A DNA stretch of 64,000 nt from Gammaproteobacteria bacterium RIFCSPHIGHO2_12_FULL_35_23 (GTDB taxonomy: Bacteria > Pseudomonadota > Gammaproteobacteria > UBA12402), in contig MGXT01000014.1 of NCBI GenBank assembly GCA_001801465.1, forward strand, positions 73,234-137,233, written 5' to 3'. The notes under the pieces were generated by a model. That model saw only the letters and a program-made list of their open reading frames with translations. It did not search any database and was not told where the DNA came from. The position numbers and the translations under genes are program-made. Shown one piece after another: positions 18,871 through 28,697 of the stretch (position 1 is its first letter; every line of letters starts with the position of its first letter).

Positions 18871-20286
18871 TTATTTATCAATTTTTCTAGCAACGCCAGT
18901 TTTTATTGCGGCTTCTTTCACTGCTTTAGCAACAGCCGGAACCACTTTGGCATCAAAAACACTCGGAACAATATAATCTGGGCTTAGAAATGACTCATCA
19001 ATTACATTGGCAATCGCATAAGCTGCTGCCAATTTCATAGGCTCATTAATATCAGAAGCCAAACAATCTAAAGCCCCACGGAATATACCAGGAAAACATA
19101 ACACATTATTAATTTGATTAGGGTAATCACTGCGGCCCGTTGCTACAATCGTAGCATACTCTCTAGCTTCTTCTGGCATAATTTCTGGAGTAGGATTTGC
19201 CATAGCAAATACAATGGCACCTTTATTCATTTTTGCAACATCTGCTTTAGTTAAAACACCTGGGCCTGAAACACCTACAAAAACATCTGCGCCTTTAATA
19301 ACATCCTTAATAGTGCCTTTTTCACCATAAGGATTAGTATTGTCTGCATACCAAGTCTTTACCTTATCTAGCCCTGCTCTACCTTTATAGATCACACCTT
19401 CATGATCACAACCAATAATATTTTTTATTCCAAACTGCAACAACATCTTAGTACAAGCAACCCCAGCAGCTCCAACACCAACTAAAACTAGTTTTATATC
19501 ACCTGGCTTTTTCTTAACAACCTTTAGAGCATTAATCATTGCGGCCGTCAAAACCACTGCTGTTCCATGCTGATCATCATGGAATACAGGAATATTCAGT
19601 TCTTTTTTAAGACGTTCTTCTATTTCAAAACAGCGAGGAGAAGCAATATCTTCTAAATTAATACCCCCAAAACCGGTAGCAATATTTTTTACTGTAGCAA
19701 CGATTTCATCTATATTCTTAGTACTCAAACAAATAGGAAAAGCATCAACATTGGCAAATTCTTTAAATAGCATTGCCTTACCTTCCATAACTGGCATTGC
19801 TGCAGCAGGACCAATATCTCCCAACCCTAAAACTGCTGTACCATCAGAAATAACAGCTACTGTATTTTTTTTAATTGATAATTTAAATACATCCTCAGGG
19901 TTTTTATGAATTGCCATACAAACTCTAGCAACACCCGGTGTATAGGCCATGGATAAATCATCTCTGGTTTTTAATGGGATTTTACTTTTTATTTCAATTT
20001 TACCACCCAGATGTAATAAAAAAGTTCGATCAGAAACATGAATAACACTAATACCTTTTAGTTGATCTACGGCATTCGTAATTTCTTCGGCATGCTCAGG
20101 ACCCGATGTATAAATAGTAATATCACGAACTTGATAATCTTTATCAACTTTTGAAATATCAATCGCACCAATTTGACCACCAAGTTCTTCAATTTTCGCT
20201 GTCAAAGTTCCAAAGGCACTGGGCTGATTATTAATACGTACTCGCATGGTAATACTACCTGCAGCTGAGGCAGATTTACTTTTCAT
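18871..20286 (-). CDS. NAD(P)-dependent malic enzyme with N-terminal ACT-like domain
   Basis: Small-type malic enzyme motifs: YTPGVA, VAVISDGTAVLGLGDIGP.AAMPVMEGK, FGGINLEDI, FHDDQHGTA, VGVGAAG, NPTPEI. An extra N-terminal domain of about 80 aa precedes the core. Confidence 0.9.
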   Translation of the reverse strand: MKSKSASAAGSITMRVRINNQPSAFGTLTAKIEELGGQIGAIDISKVDKDYQVRDITIYTSGPEHAEEITNAVDQLKGISVIHVSDRTFLLHLGGKIEIKSKIPLKTRDDLSMAYTPGVARVCMAIHKNPEDVFKLSIKKNTVAVISDGTAVLGLGDIGPAAAMPVMEGKAMLFKEFANVDAFPICLSTKNIDEIVATVKNIATGFGGINLEDIASPRCFEIEERLKKELNIPVFHDDQHGTAVVLTAAMINALKVVKKKPGDIKLVLVGVGAAGVACTKMLLQFGIKNIIGCDHEGVIYKGRAGLDKVKTWYADNTNPYGEKGTIKDVIKGADVFVGVSGPGVLTKADVAKMNKGAIVFAMANPTPEIMPEEAREYATIVATGRSDYPNQINNVLCFPGIFRGALDCLASDINEPMKLAAAYAIANVIDESFLSPDYIVPSVFDAKVVPAVAKAVKEAAIKTGVARKIDK

Positions 20287-20360
20287 GGTTTGATCCTTAT
20301 GGTTTTACCCATTAACAAAATTTATAGTATAGTCTATACCAAAAATATCAAATGACATAA

Positions 20361-21815
20361 TTATTGCCAAGCTGGAACAGCTGCTCCATTTGGGAACAAT
20401 TTTTCTACCTCACTAACCACTTGAGGCGAATGCATCACAGCAATCAGTTGTTTAAAAATTGTCTTATTCTGATCTTGTTTACGCACTACTATAATATTAG
20501 CATAGGGCGAATTAGGCCCCTCTCTAACTAAAGCTTGTATTAAAGTAAATCCTGCCTGTTTGACATAATCATTAGTAAGTGCTACCAAATCAGCATCCTT
20601 AAACTCTCTTGGTAATTGAGCTGCATCTAAAGTAATAATTTTTAATTGTTTTGGGTTATAAGCAATATCATAAATCGTTGCAGTAATAGTTTTGCCAGAC
20701 TTTAATACAATCAAATTTGCTTTTTCTAACAGTAGCAAGGCTCGCGCTTCATTACTAGGATCATCAGGAATAGCAATAACCGCTTCATTAGACAACTGAT
20801 CAAGACTAGTAATTTTACGTGAATACAACCCCATAGGATAAATAAATGTTTTGGCTATAGGAACTAACTGGTAGCCCCTTGCATGAATTTGTGAGTCTAA
20901 ATAAGGAACATGTTGAAAGATATTAGCTTCTATATCACCGTTATTTAATGCTTCATTGGGTAAAATATAATCATCAAAAGTAACGATTTTTAAATTTAAA
21001 TTATATTGTTGCTTGGCCACTTGTGCCGCAACTTGCATAACAACCTGCTGTGGGCCTGCTACAATACCAACTTTAAAAACTGCTGTCTGATTATTCATAA
21101 AAGGTAATGTCTGTCCAATAATACAACTCAAAAATAATAAGATAGCAACAAGAACTACTACCCGAACTTTTTTTAATTGCTTTGCTAAGTAGTCACCAAA
21201 CATTTGAACAATCTGAACAATTATTATTAGTAATAGCACCGTTATTAGCATCACTGCTGGATTAAATTGTTGATAGCCATAATCAACAGCTAACTCACCA
21301 AGCCCTCCCCCCCCGACTACACCTGCCATAGCAGAATAACCAATTAAACTAATAACTGTTAAAGTGGCGCCCTGAATTAATCCACTTAAGGCTTCTGGTA
21401 CTAACACCTTAGTAATGATTTGCGGATGGCTTGCCCCCATAGATTGTGCTGCTTCTATTACTCCAGTCGGCACCTTTGTCAAAGCAGCCTCACAGATTCT
21501 TGCATAAAAAGGAATAGCAGCAAGGGTTAAAGAAACAATTGCTGCATTAGTACCAATTGATGTTCCGATAATCAAACGAGTAAAAGGAATAATGGCAATC
21601 ATTAAAATAATATAAGGAATAGATCTAGTTATATTAACTAAAAAATTTAAACCTTGATAAATAATTTTATTCTCAAAAATTTTATCTTTTTGAGTAATAA
21701 ACAATAAAATGCCGAATATTAATCCAAATATAATACTTAAAAATCCTGACACAAATATCATATACAAAGTTTGGGCAACCGCCATCCACAAAATATTTAA
21801 AGGAAAATTAAGCAT
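20361..21815 (-). CDS. metI: methionine ABC transporter permease MetI fused in frame to the MetQ/NlpA substrate-binding domain
   Basis: The N-terminal ~215 aa is a MetI-type permease (EAAQSMGAS, GGGGLG). A lipoprotein-signal-like segment VLVAILLFLSC follows, then a ~260-aa NlpA/MetQ-like domain (IFQH.PYL, NEARAL.LL). There is no stop or alternative start at the junction. Confidence 0.85.
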   Translation of the reverse strand: MLNFPLNILWMAVAQTLYMIFVSGFLSIIFGLIFGILLFITQKDKIFENKIIYQGLNFLVNITRSIPYIILMIAIIPFTRLIIGTSIGTNAAIVSLTLAAIPFYARICEAALTKVPTGVIEAAQSMGASHPQIITKVLVPEALSGLIQGATLTVISLIGYSAMAGVVGGGGLGELAVDYGYQQFNPAVMLITVLLLIIIVQIVQMFGDYLAKQLKKVRVVVLVAILLFLSCIIGQTLPFMNNQTAVFKVGIVAGPQQVVMQVAAQVAKQQYNLNLKIVTFDDYILPNEALNNGDIEANIFQHVPYLDSQIHARGYQLVPIAKTFIYPMGLYSRKITSLDQLSNEAVIAIPDDPSNEARALLLLEKANLIVLKSGKTITATIYDIAYNPKQLKIITLDAAQLPREFKDADLVALTNDYVKQAGFTLIQALVREGPNSPYANIIVVRKQDQNKTIFKQLIAVMHSPQVVSEVEKLFPNGAAVPAWQ

Positions 21816-22842
21816 ATCCCAGTATCTCCACCTTTAAATTTTGTGTCTCTAAGTATTTTAATGCTTGTAAAACCGCTTCTGGTTTGCCTCTAAATTCACA
21901 AATACTGACTCCAATTAAAGAGTTTTGAATAAACTCTAAATCTGCCTGAATAATATTTGCTATTACATTAAATTGTTGATACAAAGTAACCAATAAGGGC
22001 TCGTTCGTAGAACTACCTATAAATCCAATACGCACAATAGGGTTACTACAATCACTTGTAGGCTGCGGTTTAATTTTGTCGCGAATTGCTATTGGTAATT
22101 CTAAGTGCAAAACTGCTTGAGTTAACTTCTTAGTAACAATATGTACAGGCTGAATAAACAAATCAATCACTCTGCCCTGCTCTACAATTTTGCCCTGATC
22201 TAATACAGCTACTCGATCACAAATAGTTTTAATAACCGCCATTTCATGAGTAACGATTACCATTGTAAGATTTAACTTTTTATTAATTTCTTTAAGAAGT
22301 TTTAAAATAGAGTTTGTTGTTTCAGGATCTAATGCAGAAGTTGCCTCGTCCGATAACAACACGGTTGGCTCAGAAGCGAGTGCTCTTGCTATTGCTACTC
22401 GTTGTTTTTGTCCGCCACTTAAATCATCCGGGTAAGCATCTATTTTTTGACTTAAGTCTACTAATTCTAATAAGCCAAAAACTTTATCACGGATTATCTT
22501 TTTACTTAAATGACTTAATTCTAAAGGTAAAGCAACATTTTCAAAAACAGTTCTCGAAGAAAGTAAATTAAAGTGCTGAAAAATCATACCTATTTTTTGT
22601 CTAGCTTGGCGTAATTTATCTGTAGACAAATCAAGAAGATTAACGCCATTAATAATAATCTCTCCGCTAGTAGGTTTTTCCAGTAGATTCATACAGTGTA
22701 CTAAGGTACTTTTCCCAGCACCGCTTCTACCAATAATACCAAAAATTTCACCTTGCGCGATGGTTAAATTAATATTCGTCAGCACAGAATTTATGATAGA
22801 GTTATCATCATAATTTTTAGTTAAATTCTTAACTTCGATCAT
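21808..22842 (-). CDS. metN: methionine ABC transporter ATP-binding protein MetN
   Basis: Walker A GRSGAGKST, signature LSGGQKQRVAIARAL, Walker B LLSDEATSALD. The C-terminal NIL/ACT-like regulatory domain is present. Confidence 0.9.
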   Translation of the reverse strand: MIEVKNLTKNYDDNSIINSVLTNINLTIAQGEIFGIIGRSGAGKSTLVHCMNLLEKPTSGEIIINGVNLLDLSTDKLRQARQKIGMIFQHFNLLSSRTVFENVALPLELSHLSKKIIRDKVFGLLELVDLSQKIDAYPDDLSGGQKQRVAIARALASEPTVLLSDEATSALDPETTNSILKLLKEINKKLNLTMVIVTHEMAVIKTICDRVAVLDQGKIVEQGRVIDLFIQPVHIVTKKLTQAVLHLELPIAIRDKIKPQPTSDCSNPIVRIGFIGSSTNEPLLVTLYQQFNVIANIIQADLEFIQNSLIGVSICEFRGKPEAVLQALKYLETQNLKVEILGYA

Positions 22843-24578
22843 TGCTCAGCAGTTCCAGCTAAAATTCCTTTTGCATGGTTATTAAAATCTTTAGCATCCA
22901 TACTGCCTACTATTTGTTGATCCGGTAGCCAATTACCTGTTTTATCAAAAAACACAAAGCTAGGTGGTGCTACTACACCATATTGCTGAGCCAAAGCTTT
23001 GTCATCTACACTATTATCTGTAACATCCGCTCGTAATAAAACAAAATTAGATAAAGTCTTTTGGACTTGTAGATTTTGAAAAGTAGTTGCATCCATTTCT
23101 TTGCATGCCATACACCACTTAGCATAAAAATCTAACATAACTGGTTTACCTTTTGCCTTGGCCAGTACATTGTCCAGTTGAGTAACATTATTAACATAGA
23201 TAAACTGAAGCCCGGTATCATTAGTTGCTTGATTGCTCATTAAGGGTTGAAAAGGATTAGTATTTCCTTTTGCTCCCCCAATAATCAGTAATACACCATA
23301 AATTAATAAGACCAAAGCTATTGCCCGACGCAAATGAATCAGCAATTTATCTGACTTAAGTTGCCAAAGCTCTCCTAAATATACTGCTACAATAATAAAT
23401 AATGCACCTAATAACAATAAAGTTAGGGCACCTGGTAAAATCCTTGATAGCAAGTAAATAGCTATAAGAATCATCATAAAACCAAAAAGCTTCTTAACTC
23501 CTTCCATCCACGGACCACTTTTCGGTAAATATTTACCACCTAAGCAGCCTATGATTAGCAAGGGAATTCCCATTCCAATTCCTAAGGCAAATAAGGCTGA
23601 ACCTCCTAACCAAACATTTCCTGTATTGGCAATAAAAACTAATACACCTATTAAAGGAGGCGTGACACAAGGAGACACTACTAAGGTAGCCAAAACACCC
23701 ATCGCAGCAACTCCTAAATAAGAACCACCACCTTGATGACTACTGACATTCATTAATTTATTGCGCAATTTTTCCGGTAATTGCAATTCATATAACCCAA
23801 ATAAAGATAAGGAAAGTGCAATAAATAATAAACTAAATAAAATAATTACCCAGGGCGTTTGTAAGGCCGCTTGAATATTTCCTCCAATTAAAGCAACAAT
23901 AATACCTGCAACAGCATAGGTAATTGACATAGCTAATACATACACCAAGGACAATAGAAATGCTTTTTTAGGATTAATTTGCTTACCATGGCCTACAATA
24001 ATACCAAATAAAATAGGTATCATTGGTAAAACACAAGGCGTAAAAGCCAACAGCAATCCAAAACCAATAAAAGTTAAAATAATTAACCACAAGCTCTGCT
24101 CAGCTAATAAATCAGCTATTTTACTTTGTCTTGAATCTTCGGTATCAATTCTAACAAAACCTTTAGTAAAATTGACCGTTACAACATGCTCTACAGGTGG
24201 ATAGCAAACCCCTGCCATAGAGCAGCCTTGATACGTTAAATCAATTTTGACATCTTTACCTTTTGTCCCAGCAAGTGTTACTGGAATAGTTAAAAGATTA
24301 GTATAGGCTTCATATTTACCAAATACTGGGCTATTAACTAATTGGCTAGAAGGAAAATCAACTGCTTGTATAGAAACAGAACTTGGAGAAATGATTTTAA
24401 AAGTAATTCTATCACGATAAAGATAACTAGAAGGATCAATTTCCCAATGAAATAATACGGTATTATTTTCACCCATACCGGCAGTGACTTGAAACGCCTG
24501 CTCTAGTGGTACAGGTTTATTAAATGCAAACCCTATTATTGGAATCCATAATAACAATAAAATTATTATTTTTTTCAT
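22839..24578 (-). CDS. dsbD: thiol:disulfide interchange protein DsbD
   Basis: Signal peptide, N-terminal Ig-like domain with YQGCS..GVCYPP, a central TM core with the FTPCVLPMIP and SPCVTPPL cysteine motifs, and a C-terminal thioredoxin domain WCMACK. The stop overlaps the metN start. Confidence 0.9.
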   Translation of the reverse strand: MKKIIILLLLWIPIIGFAFNKPVPLEQAFQVTAGMGENNTVLFHWEIDPSSYLYRDRITFKIISPSSVSIQAVDFPSSQLVNSPVFGKYEAYTNLLTIPVTLAGTKGKDVKIDLTYQGCSMAGVCYPPVEHVVTVNFTKGFVRIDTEDSRQSKIADLLAEQSLWLIILTFIGFGLLLAFTPCVLPMIPILFGIIVGHGKQINPKKAFLLSLVYVLAMSITYAVAGIIVALIGGNIQAALQTPWVIILFSLLFIALSLSLFGLYELQLPEKLRNKLMNVSSHQGGGSYLGVAAMGVLATLVVSPCVTPPLIGVLVFIANTGNVWLGGSALFALGIGMGIPLLIIGCLGGKYLPKSGPWMEGVKKLFGFMMILIAIYLLSRILPGALTLLLLGALFIIVAVYLGELWQLKSDKLLIHLRRAIALVLLIYGVLLIIGGAKGNTNPFQPLMSNQATNDTGLQFIYVNNVTQLDNVLAKAKGKPVMLDFYAKWCMACKEMDATTFQNLQVQKTLSNFVLLRADVTDNSVDDKALAQQYGVVAPPSFVFFDKTGNWLPDQQIVGSMDAKDFNNHAKGILAGTAEQ

Positions 24579-24601
24579 TACAATATTTCTCCCCCCTTAG
24601 T

Positions 24602-25303
24602 TTAAAGCGAACGTGTTAGACCACCATCAACACGAATATTTTGTCCAGTTATATAACCAGCGCCCTCTGAAAGTAGGAAAACTGCTGTTTTAGCAATCTC
24701 CTCGAGTTTGCCAGCACGCCGCATAGGAATTTTTTCTCGTGTCAAATTATCAATCTCATAACTTTCAATAAAGCCTGGTAGTAAATTATTCATACGAATA
24801 CCATATTTTGCATAAGCGTCAGCATATAATTTAACATAACTTGCTAAAGCTGCTCGCATCGTAGAAGAAATCGGATAATTAGCCTCAGGCTCTATAGCAG
24901 CAAAAGTGGAAATATTAACAATTGCACCCTTTCCTTGTTTTAAAAAATGAGGGGTTATTAATCTGGCCAAACGAACCACATTCAAAAATACCAGCTCCAT
25001 TCCCGCAACCCAATCTGTATCGGTAATATCAATGATTGCTCCTTGTGCAGGATGCCCTGTACTATTTACCACAGCATCAATTCGACCAAATTCATTTATC
25101 GTTTTGGATATTAACAATGTTAAATCTTCATTAGAGGTTACAGAACCTTTTATACTTACTGCTTTTAATTCTTGTGCTAATTCAGTTGCACCAGAAGGAG
25201 AAAACAATACTAATTCATAATGTTTGTTGCATAATTCACGAGCAATCGCCGCGCCCATTCCTTTACCTGCCCCAGTAACAATGGCCACTTTTTTATCAGT
25301 CAT
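24602..25303 (-). CDS. short-chain dehydrogenase/reductase (SDR)
   Basis: TGAGKGMGAAIA Rossmann motif directly after the ATG at 25303. Also NISTFAA and YxxxK-like ASYVKLYA. The track N-terminal extension to 25399 was rejected. Confidence 0.85.
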   Translation of the reverse strand: MTDKKVAIVTGAGKGMGAAIARELCNKHYELVLFSPSGATELAQELKAVSIKGSVTSNEDLTLLISKTINEFGRIDAVVNSTGHPAQGAIIDITDTDWVAGMELVFLNVVRLARLITPHFLKQGKGAIVNISTFAAIEPEANYPISSTMRAALASYVKLYADAYAKYGIRMNNLLPGFIESYEIDNLTREKIPMRRAGKLEEIAKTAVFLLSEGAGYITGQNIRVDGGLTRSL

Positions 25304-25376
25304 AACAACTCTTATGTTTAGATACCAACAACTTTGATCATACAGATTTACAGAATTTGTGCAACGGTCAATAAAG

Positions 25377-26995
25377 TTATTCTGAGCAAGAAAGCTCACC
25401 TAAAGGCATTGCTAGTCGGTACGTTAAATTAAGCTTTTGTAAAAACTGCTGATCATGAGAAATAACAATTAATGCACCGCGATAAACCTGTAATGCAAGC
25501 TCAAGATTAACTAAACTTTCAAAATCCAGGTGATTGGTAGGCTCATCTAATAAAATTAATTGTGGTGGTTGCAACGATAATAGCACACACGCTAAAAGCG
25601 CACGTAATCTTTCTCCACAACTTAACTGTCCAACCAATTTCAAAACCTCTTCCTCTTTAAATAAAAACCTTGCTAACTCAATTCTTGCTATAGTTTCATT
25701 AATTTCAGGGTTAAGTGTTTGAAAATTTGCTAACAGAGATTTTTGAAAATTAAATTCCCTTGCATACTGATCAATATAACAAACTCTTGAGTTACTTAAA
25801 TAAATGTTGCCTTGTTGAGGCTATAATTTTCCTGCGATTAGTTTAATTAGAGAAGTTTTTCCTGAACCATTAGCACCAGTAATACCTAATCTAGTAGGTC
25901 CTTGTAATACAAAACTAAAATTATTAATTAAGGGCTTTAGCTTATCATAACAAAAACTAACTTCCTTAAATTTTACCAAAATTTTATTTTTAGAAAAATT
26001 AGTATTAGGCAGCTGCAAAATAAAATGAGCTGCTGATTCAACTTGCTCTTTAGCTTCAGTTAATAGTTGCTGGTGTTGTTTTAATAGCATAACGCTTTTT
26101 GTTGATACTTTATTTTGAGTTTTTTCGCTGCGACTTTGCATAGCATTTAAAACAATTTTTGATTGGCTACGATTTAATCTAGCATCTCGACCTTTAGCTT
26201 GTTTTTGTTCATGCTTTTCCCTTGTCAGCTGAATTAAACGTTCTGTTTGTTTTAGCTGTTTCAAAGCCTCTTCAAACTGTCTTTGCTTAGCTACTACCTC
26301 TTGCTGTTTTAATTTCTGATAGTGAGAAAATTTCCTCCATAAAAATTAATTCCTTTATTGGTTAACTCTATAGATTGATCCATAAGATTCAATAATTCTT
26401 CATCATGACTAATGATCAATAAGGAGCACTTTGATTCTCTGATCAAACTATATAAATATTGTCGACTTTCCTTATCTAAATTATTAGTCGGTTCATCTAA
26501 AAGAATAAGTTTTGGTGAGTTAAAAAAACTTTAGCTAAAAAAACCTTAGTTATCTCCCCCTCCACTATAGTTTGTAAAAGGTGCTGTTAACTCGATATTC
26601 CTTAATACAAGTTTTTCTAATTGTTGAGCAACCGTTCTTTCAATATGCCAATCTTCACCTATTACTTCAAAATTCTTTTCATTAATACTACCTTCGAAAA
26701 TGTTTTTCAAAGCTTGTAATTTCTGCTCAATACCAAATAATTGAGCTATGGTTTGTGATTGATAATAAACTAAATCTTGCGGTAAATAACTTAACTCATC
26801 TCTAACGATCACTTCACCTAAAGTGGGCTGAATTGCATGTGTAATGATTTTTAATAGCGTGGTTTTTCCTATTCCATTAACTCCAATCAGTGCAGCTTTA
26901 CGCATTATTAAAGTTAAATTCAAATCCTGATAAAGCAATTGATTATTAGGTGTTATATAAGATAAGTGCTTGAAACTAATTTGCGAATCTGACAT
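25377..26995 (-). pseudogene. decayed ABC-F family (tandem ATPase) gene
   Basis: The reading frame can be followed through three lesions. One is a +1 insertion in a G run at the first signature motif (SGG-G-E, about nt 26553-26563). One is a -1 in a T/A run (about nt 26325-26340). One is an in-frame TAG at 25821-25823. Both Walker A sites (GVNGIGKT, GANGSGKT), Walker B (LLDEPTN twice) and the helical linker are recognisable. Confidence 0.8.
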
Positions 26996-27296
26996 ATAAT
27001 TAAAACTCTTGTAAATCAGTTAATTACTGGTATACCCAGCCCAAACAGAAGAGTTTTAATTATTCACTGGTAGCTCACCTCTTAGCTATAAATTTGGTTA
27101 AAATTAACCCATATTATAAAAAAAAGCAAGAATTTTGATAAATTAACTGGTTTTTTTGTAGACATGAAAAGAAAAACTCGTACAATGCGAATTGCTATAG
27201 TCATGTTTTATCGGAACCCTTTCTTATTTCTGTTAGCGAGTCTGATCTTCATTGAATAAGCATTTTTTACAATTTTAATAGTTTAAGGAGTTGTTG

Positions 27297-27635
27297 ATGA
27301 ACCAATCAAAAATTTACGTAGGTAACCTTACTTATGGCACTACTCAAAATGAACTTGAAACAGTCTTCAAACAGTTTGGCACTGTGGCTGAAGTAAAGTT
27401 AATTATTGATCGTGTTACTGAACGTTCAAAAGGGTTTGCCTTCGTCACTTTTGAGCAAGCACAATCAGCACAAAATGCCCTGTCATTACATGGTACTGAT
27501 CTTAATGGCCGAACAATCAAAGTTAGTTTAGCAAAAGAAGATGGCGGTAACCGTCGTAGTGGTGGTGGTAATAATGGTGGCGGCAGATTTAGAAATGATC
27601 GTCACGGTGATCGCAACGATCGTCGCTGGGAATAA
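27297..27635 (+). CDS. RRM-type RNA-binding protein with Gly/Arg-rich tail
   Basis: RNP-2 IYVGNL and RNP-1 KGFAFVTF are present. The C-terminal tail GGNRRSGGGNNGGGRFRNDRHGDRNDRR follows. ATG 27297 lies 6 nt after AAGGAG. Confidence 0.85.
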   Translation: MNQSKIYVGNLTYGTTQNELETVFKQFGTVAEVKLIIDRVTERSKGFAFVTFEQAQSAQNALSLHGTDLNGRTIKVSLAKEDGGNRRSGGGNNGGGRFRNDRHGDRNDRRWE

Positions 27636-27679
27636 GAAACAATAATCTATTAAGATCAATTTGTTTTTATTGTTAATAT

Positions 27680-27708
27680 CCGCAATAATATTTTAATAAT
27701 TATTGCGG
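27680..27708 (+). promoter_or_regulatory. perfect 10-bp stem hairpin between the RRM gene and hemH
   Basis: CCGCAATAAT (27680-27689), a 9-nt loop, then ATTATTGCGG (27699-27708). The 3' arm ends 7 nt before the hemH ATG and no U-tract follows. It could be a U-less terminator or a structure that occludes the hemH RBS. Confidence 0.4.
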
Positions 27709-27715
27709 GTATTAT

Positions 27716-28684
27716 ATGAGTGCTAACTTAAATAAAATCGGTGTCTTATTAATTAATCTAGGCACACCTGAAAAACCAACGTCTAAAGCGATTAGAAAAT
27801 ACCTAGCTGAATTCTTATCTGATCCCTTAGTTGTTAGACTACCTCGTTTTCTTTGGTTAATTATTCTTTATAGTCTCATTCTACCTTTTAGACCTAATCA
27901 AATAAAAAAGTTTTACGAAAAAATCTGGGCAAAAGAAGGGTCACCTCTCTTAGTTTATTCAAATCAACTCACAAAGAAATTGCAGCAAAAATTAGGTACC
28001 GGTTATCAAATCGAGCTAGCGATGCGTTATGGTAATCCAAACATAAAAAATGAGCTTATTAAGCTTAATCATTGTAGCTCAATACTAGTAATTCCTTTAT
28101 TTCCACAATATTCGTCTACTACTACGCAATCTATTATTGCAAAAGTTTCAACACTTTCTAAAAAATTAGCTATACTTAATTTGCATTGCTTGAATTCTTA
28201 CGCCACGCACCCATTGTATATTTCTGCCTTAGCCGATAGCCTGCATCAATATTGGCAGCGCAAAGGTCGGGCCAAAAAACTTTTGATTTCTTTTCATGGT
28301 ATTCCGGTAAAGTATTTACAACAAGGAGATCCTTATTTGGCAGAATGTGAAGCTACTGTTAATGCCCTAGTTAAAGCACTATCATTAACTGAGACAGACT
28401 ATCAACTCTGTTTTCAATCTCGCTTTGGCCGCACAAAATGGTTAGCACCTTATCTTGATAAAGTATTGATTGATCTTGCACAGGCTGGCATAACTGAAGT
28501 CGATGTAATTTGTCCAGGCTTTGCCGTTGATTGCTTAGAAACTTTGGAAGAAATTGATAGTCGGTATAAAAAACTTTATCTAAAGTCAGGCGGTAAAAGC
28601 TTACACTACATTCCTGCTCTCAATGCCAATGAAGAACAAATAAACCTATTTTATGATATAGTTAAATCAATTAATAAAAATTAA
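27716..28684 (+). CDS. hemH: ferrochelatase
   Basis: Motifs: GVLLINLGTP, YLAEFLSDP, PLFPQYSSTT, SFHGIP, Q.GDPY, CPGF..DCLETLEEI. Length is 322 aa. Confidence 0.9.
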   Translation: MSANLNKIGVLLINLGTPEKPTSKAIRKYLAEFLSDPLVVRLPRFLWLIILYSLILPFRPNQIKKFYEKIWAKEGSPLLVYSNQLTKKLQQKLGTGYQIELAMRYGNPNIKNELIKLNHCSSILVIPLFPQYSSTTTQSIIAKVSTLSKKLAILNLHCLNSYATHPLYISALADSLHQYWQRKGRAKKLLISFHGIPVKYLQQGDPYLAECEATVNALVKALSLTETDYQLCFQSRFGRTKWLAPYLDKVLIDLAQAGITEVDVICPGFAVDCLETLEEIDSRYKKLYLKSGGKSLHYIPALNANEEQINLFYDIVKSINKN

Positions 28685-28697
28685 CTGCTAAATTTAA

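Noticed and set aside
25377-26995. Interpreting the ABC-F fragments as separate functional half-size ABC genes or as a programmed frameshift.
   Set aside because: The fragments break inside conserved motifs: the first within the signature LSGGE, the second within the linker. One lesion is a plain in-frame TAG. No fragment has its own RBS-preceded start at a domain boundary.
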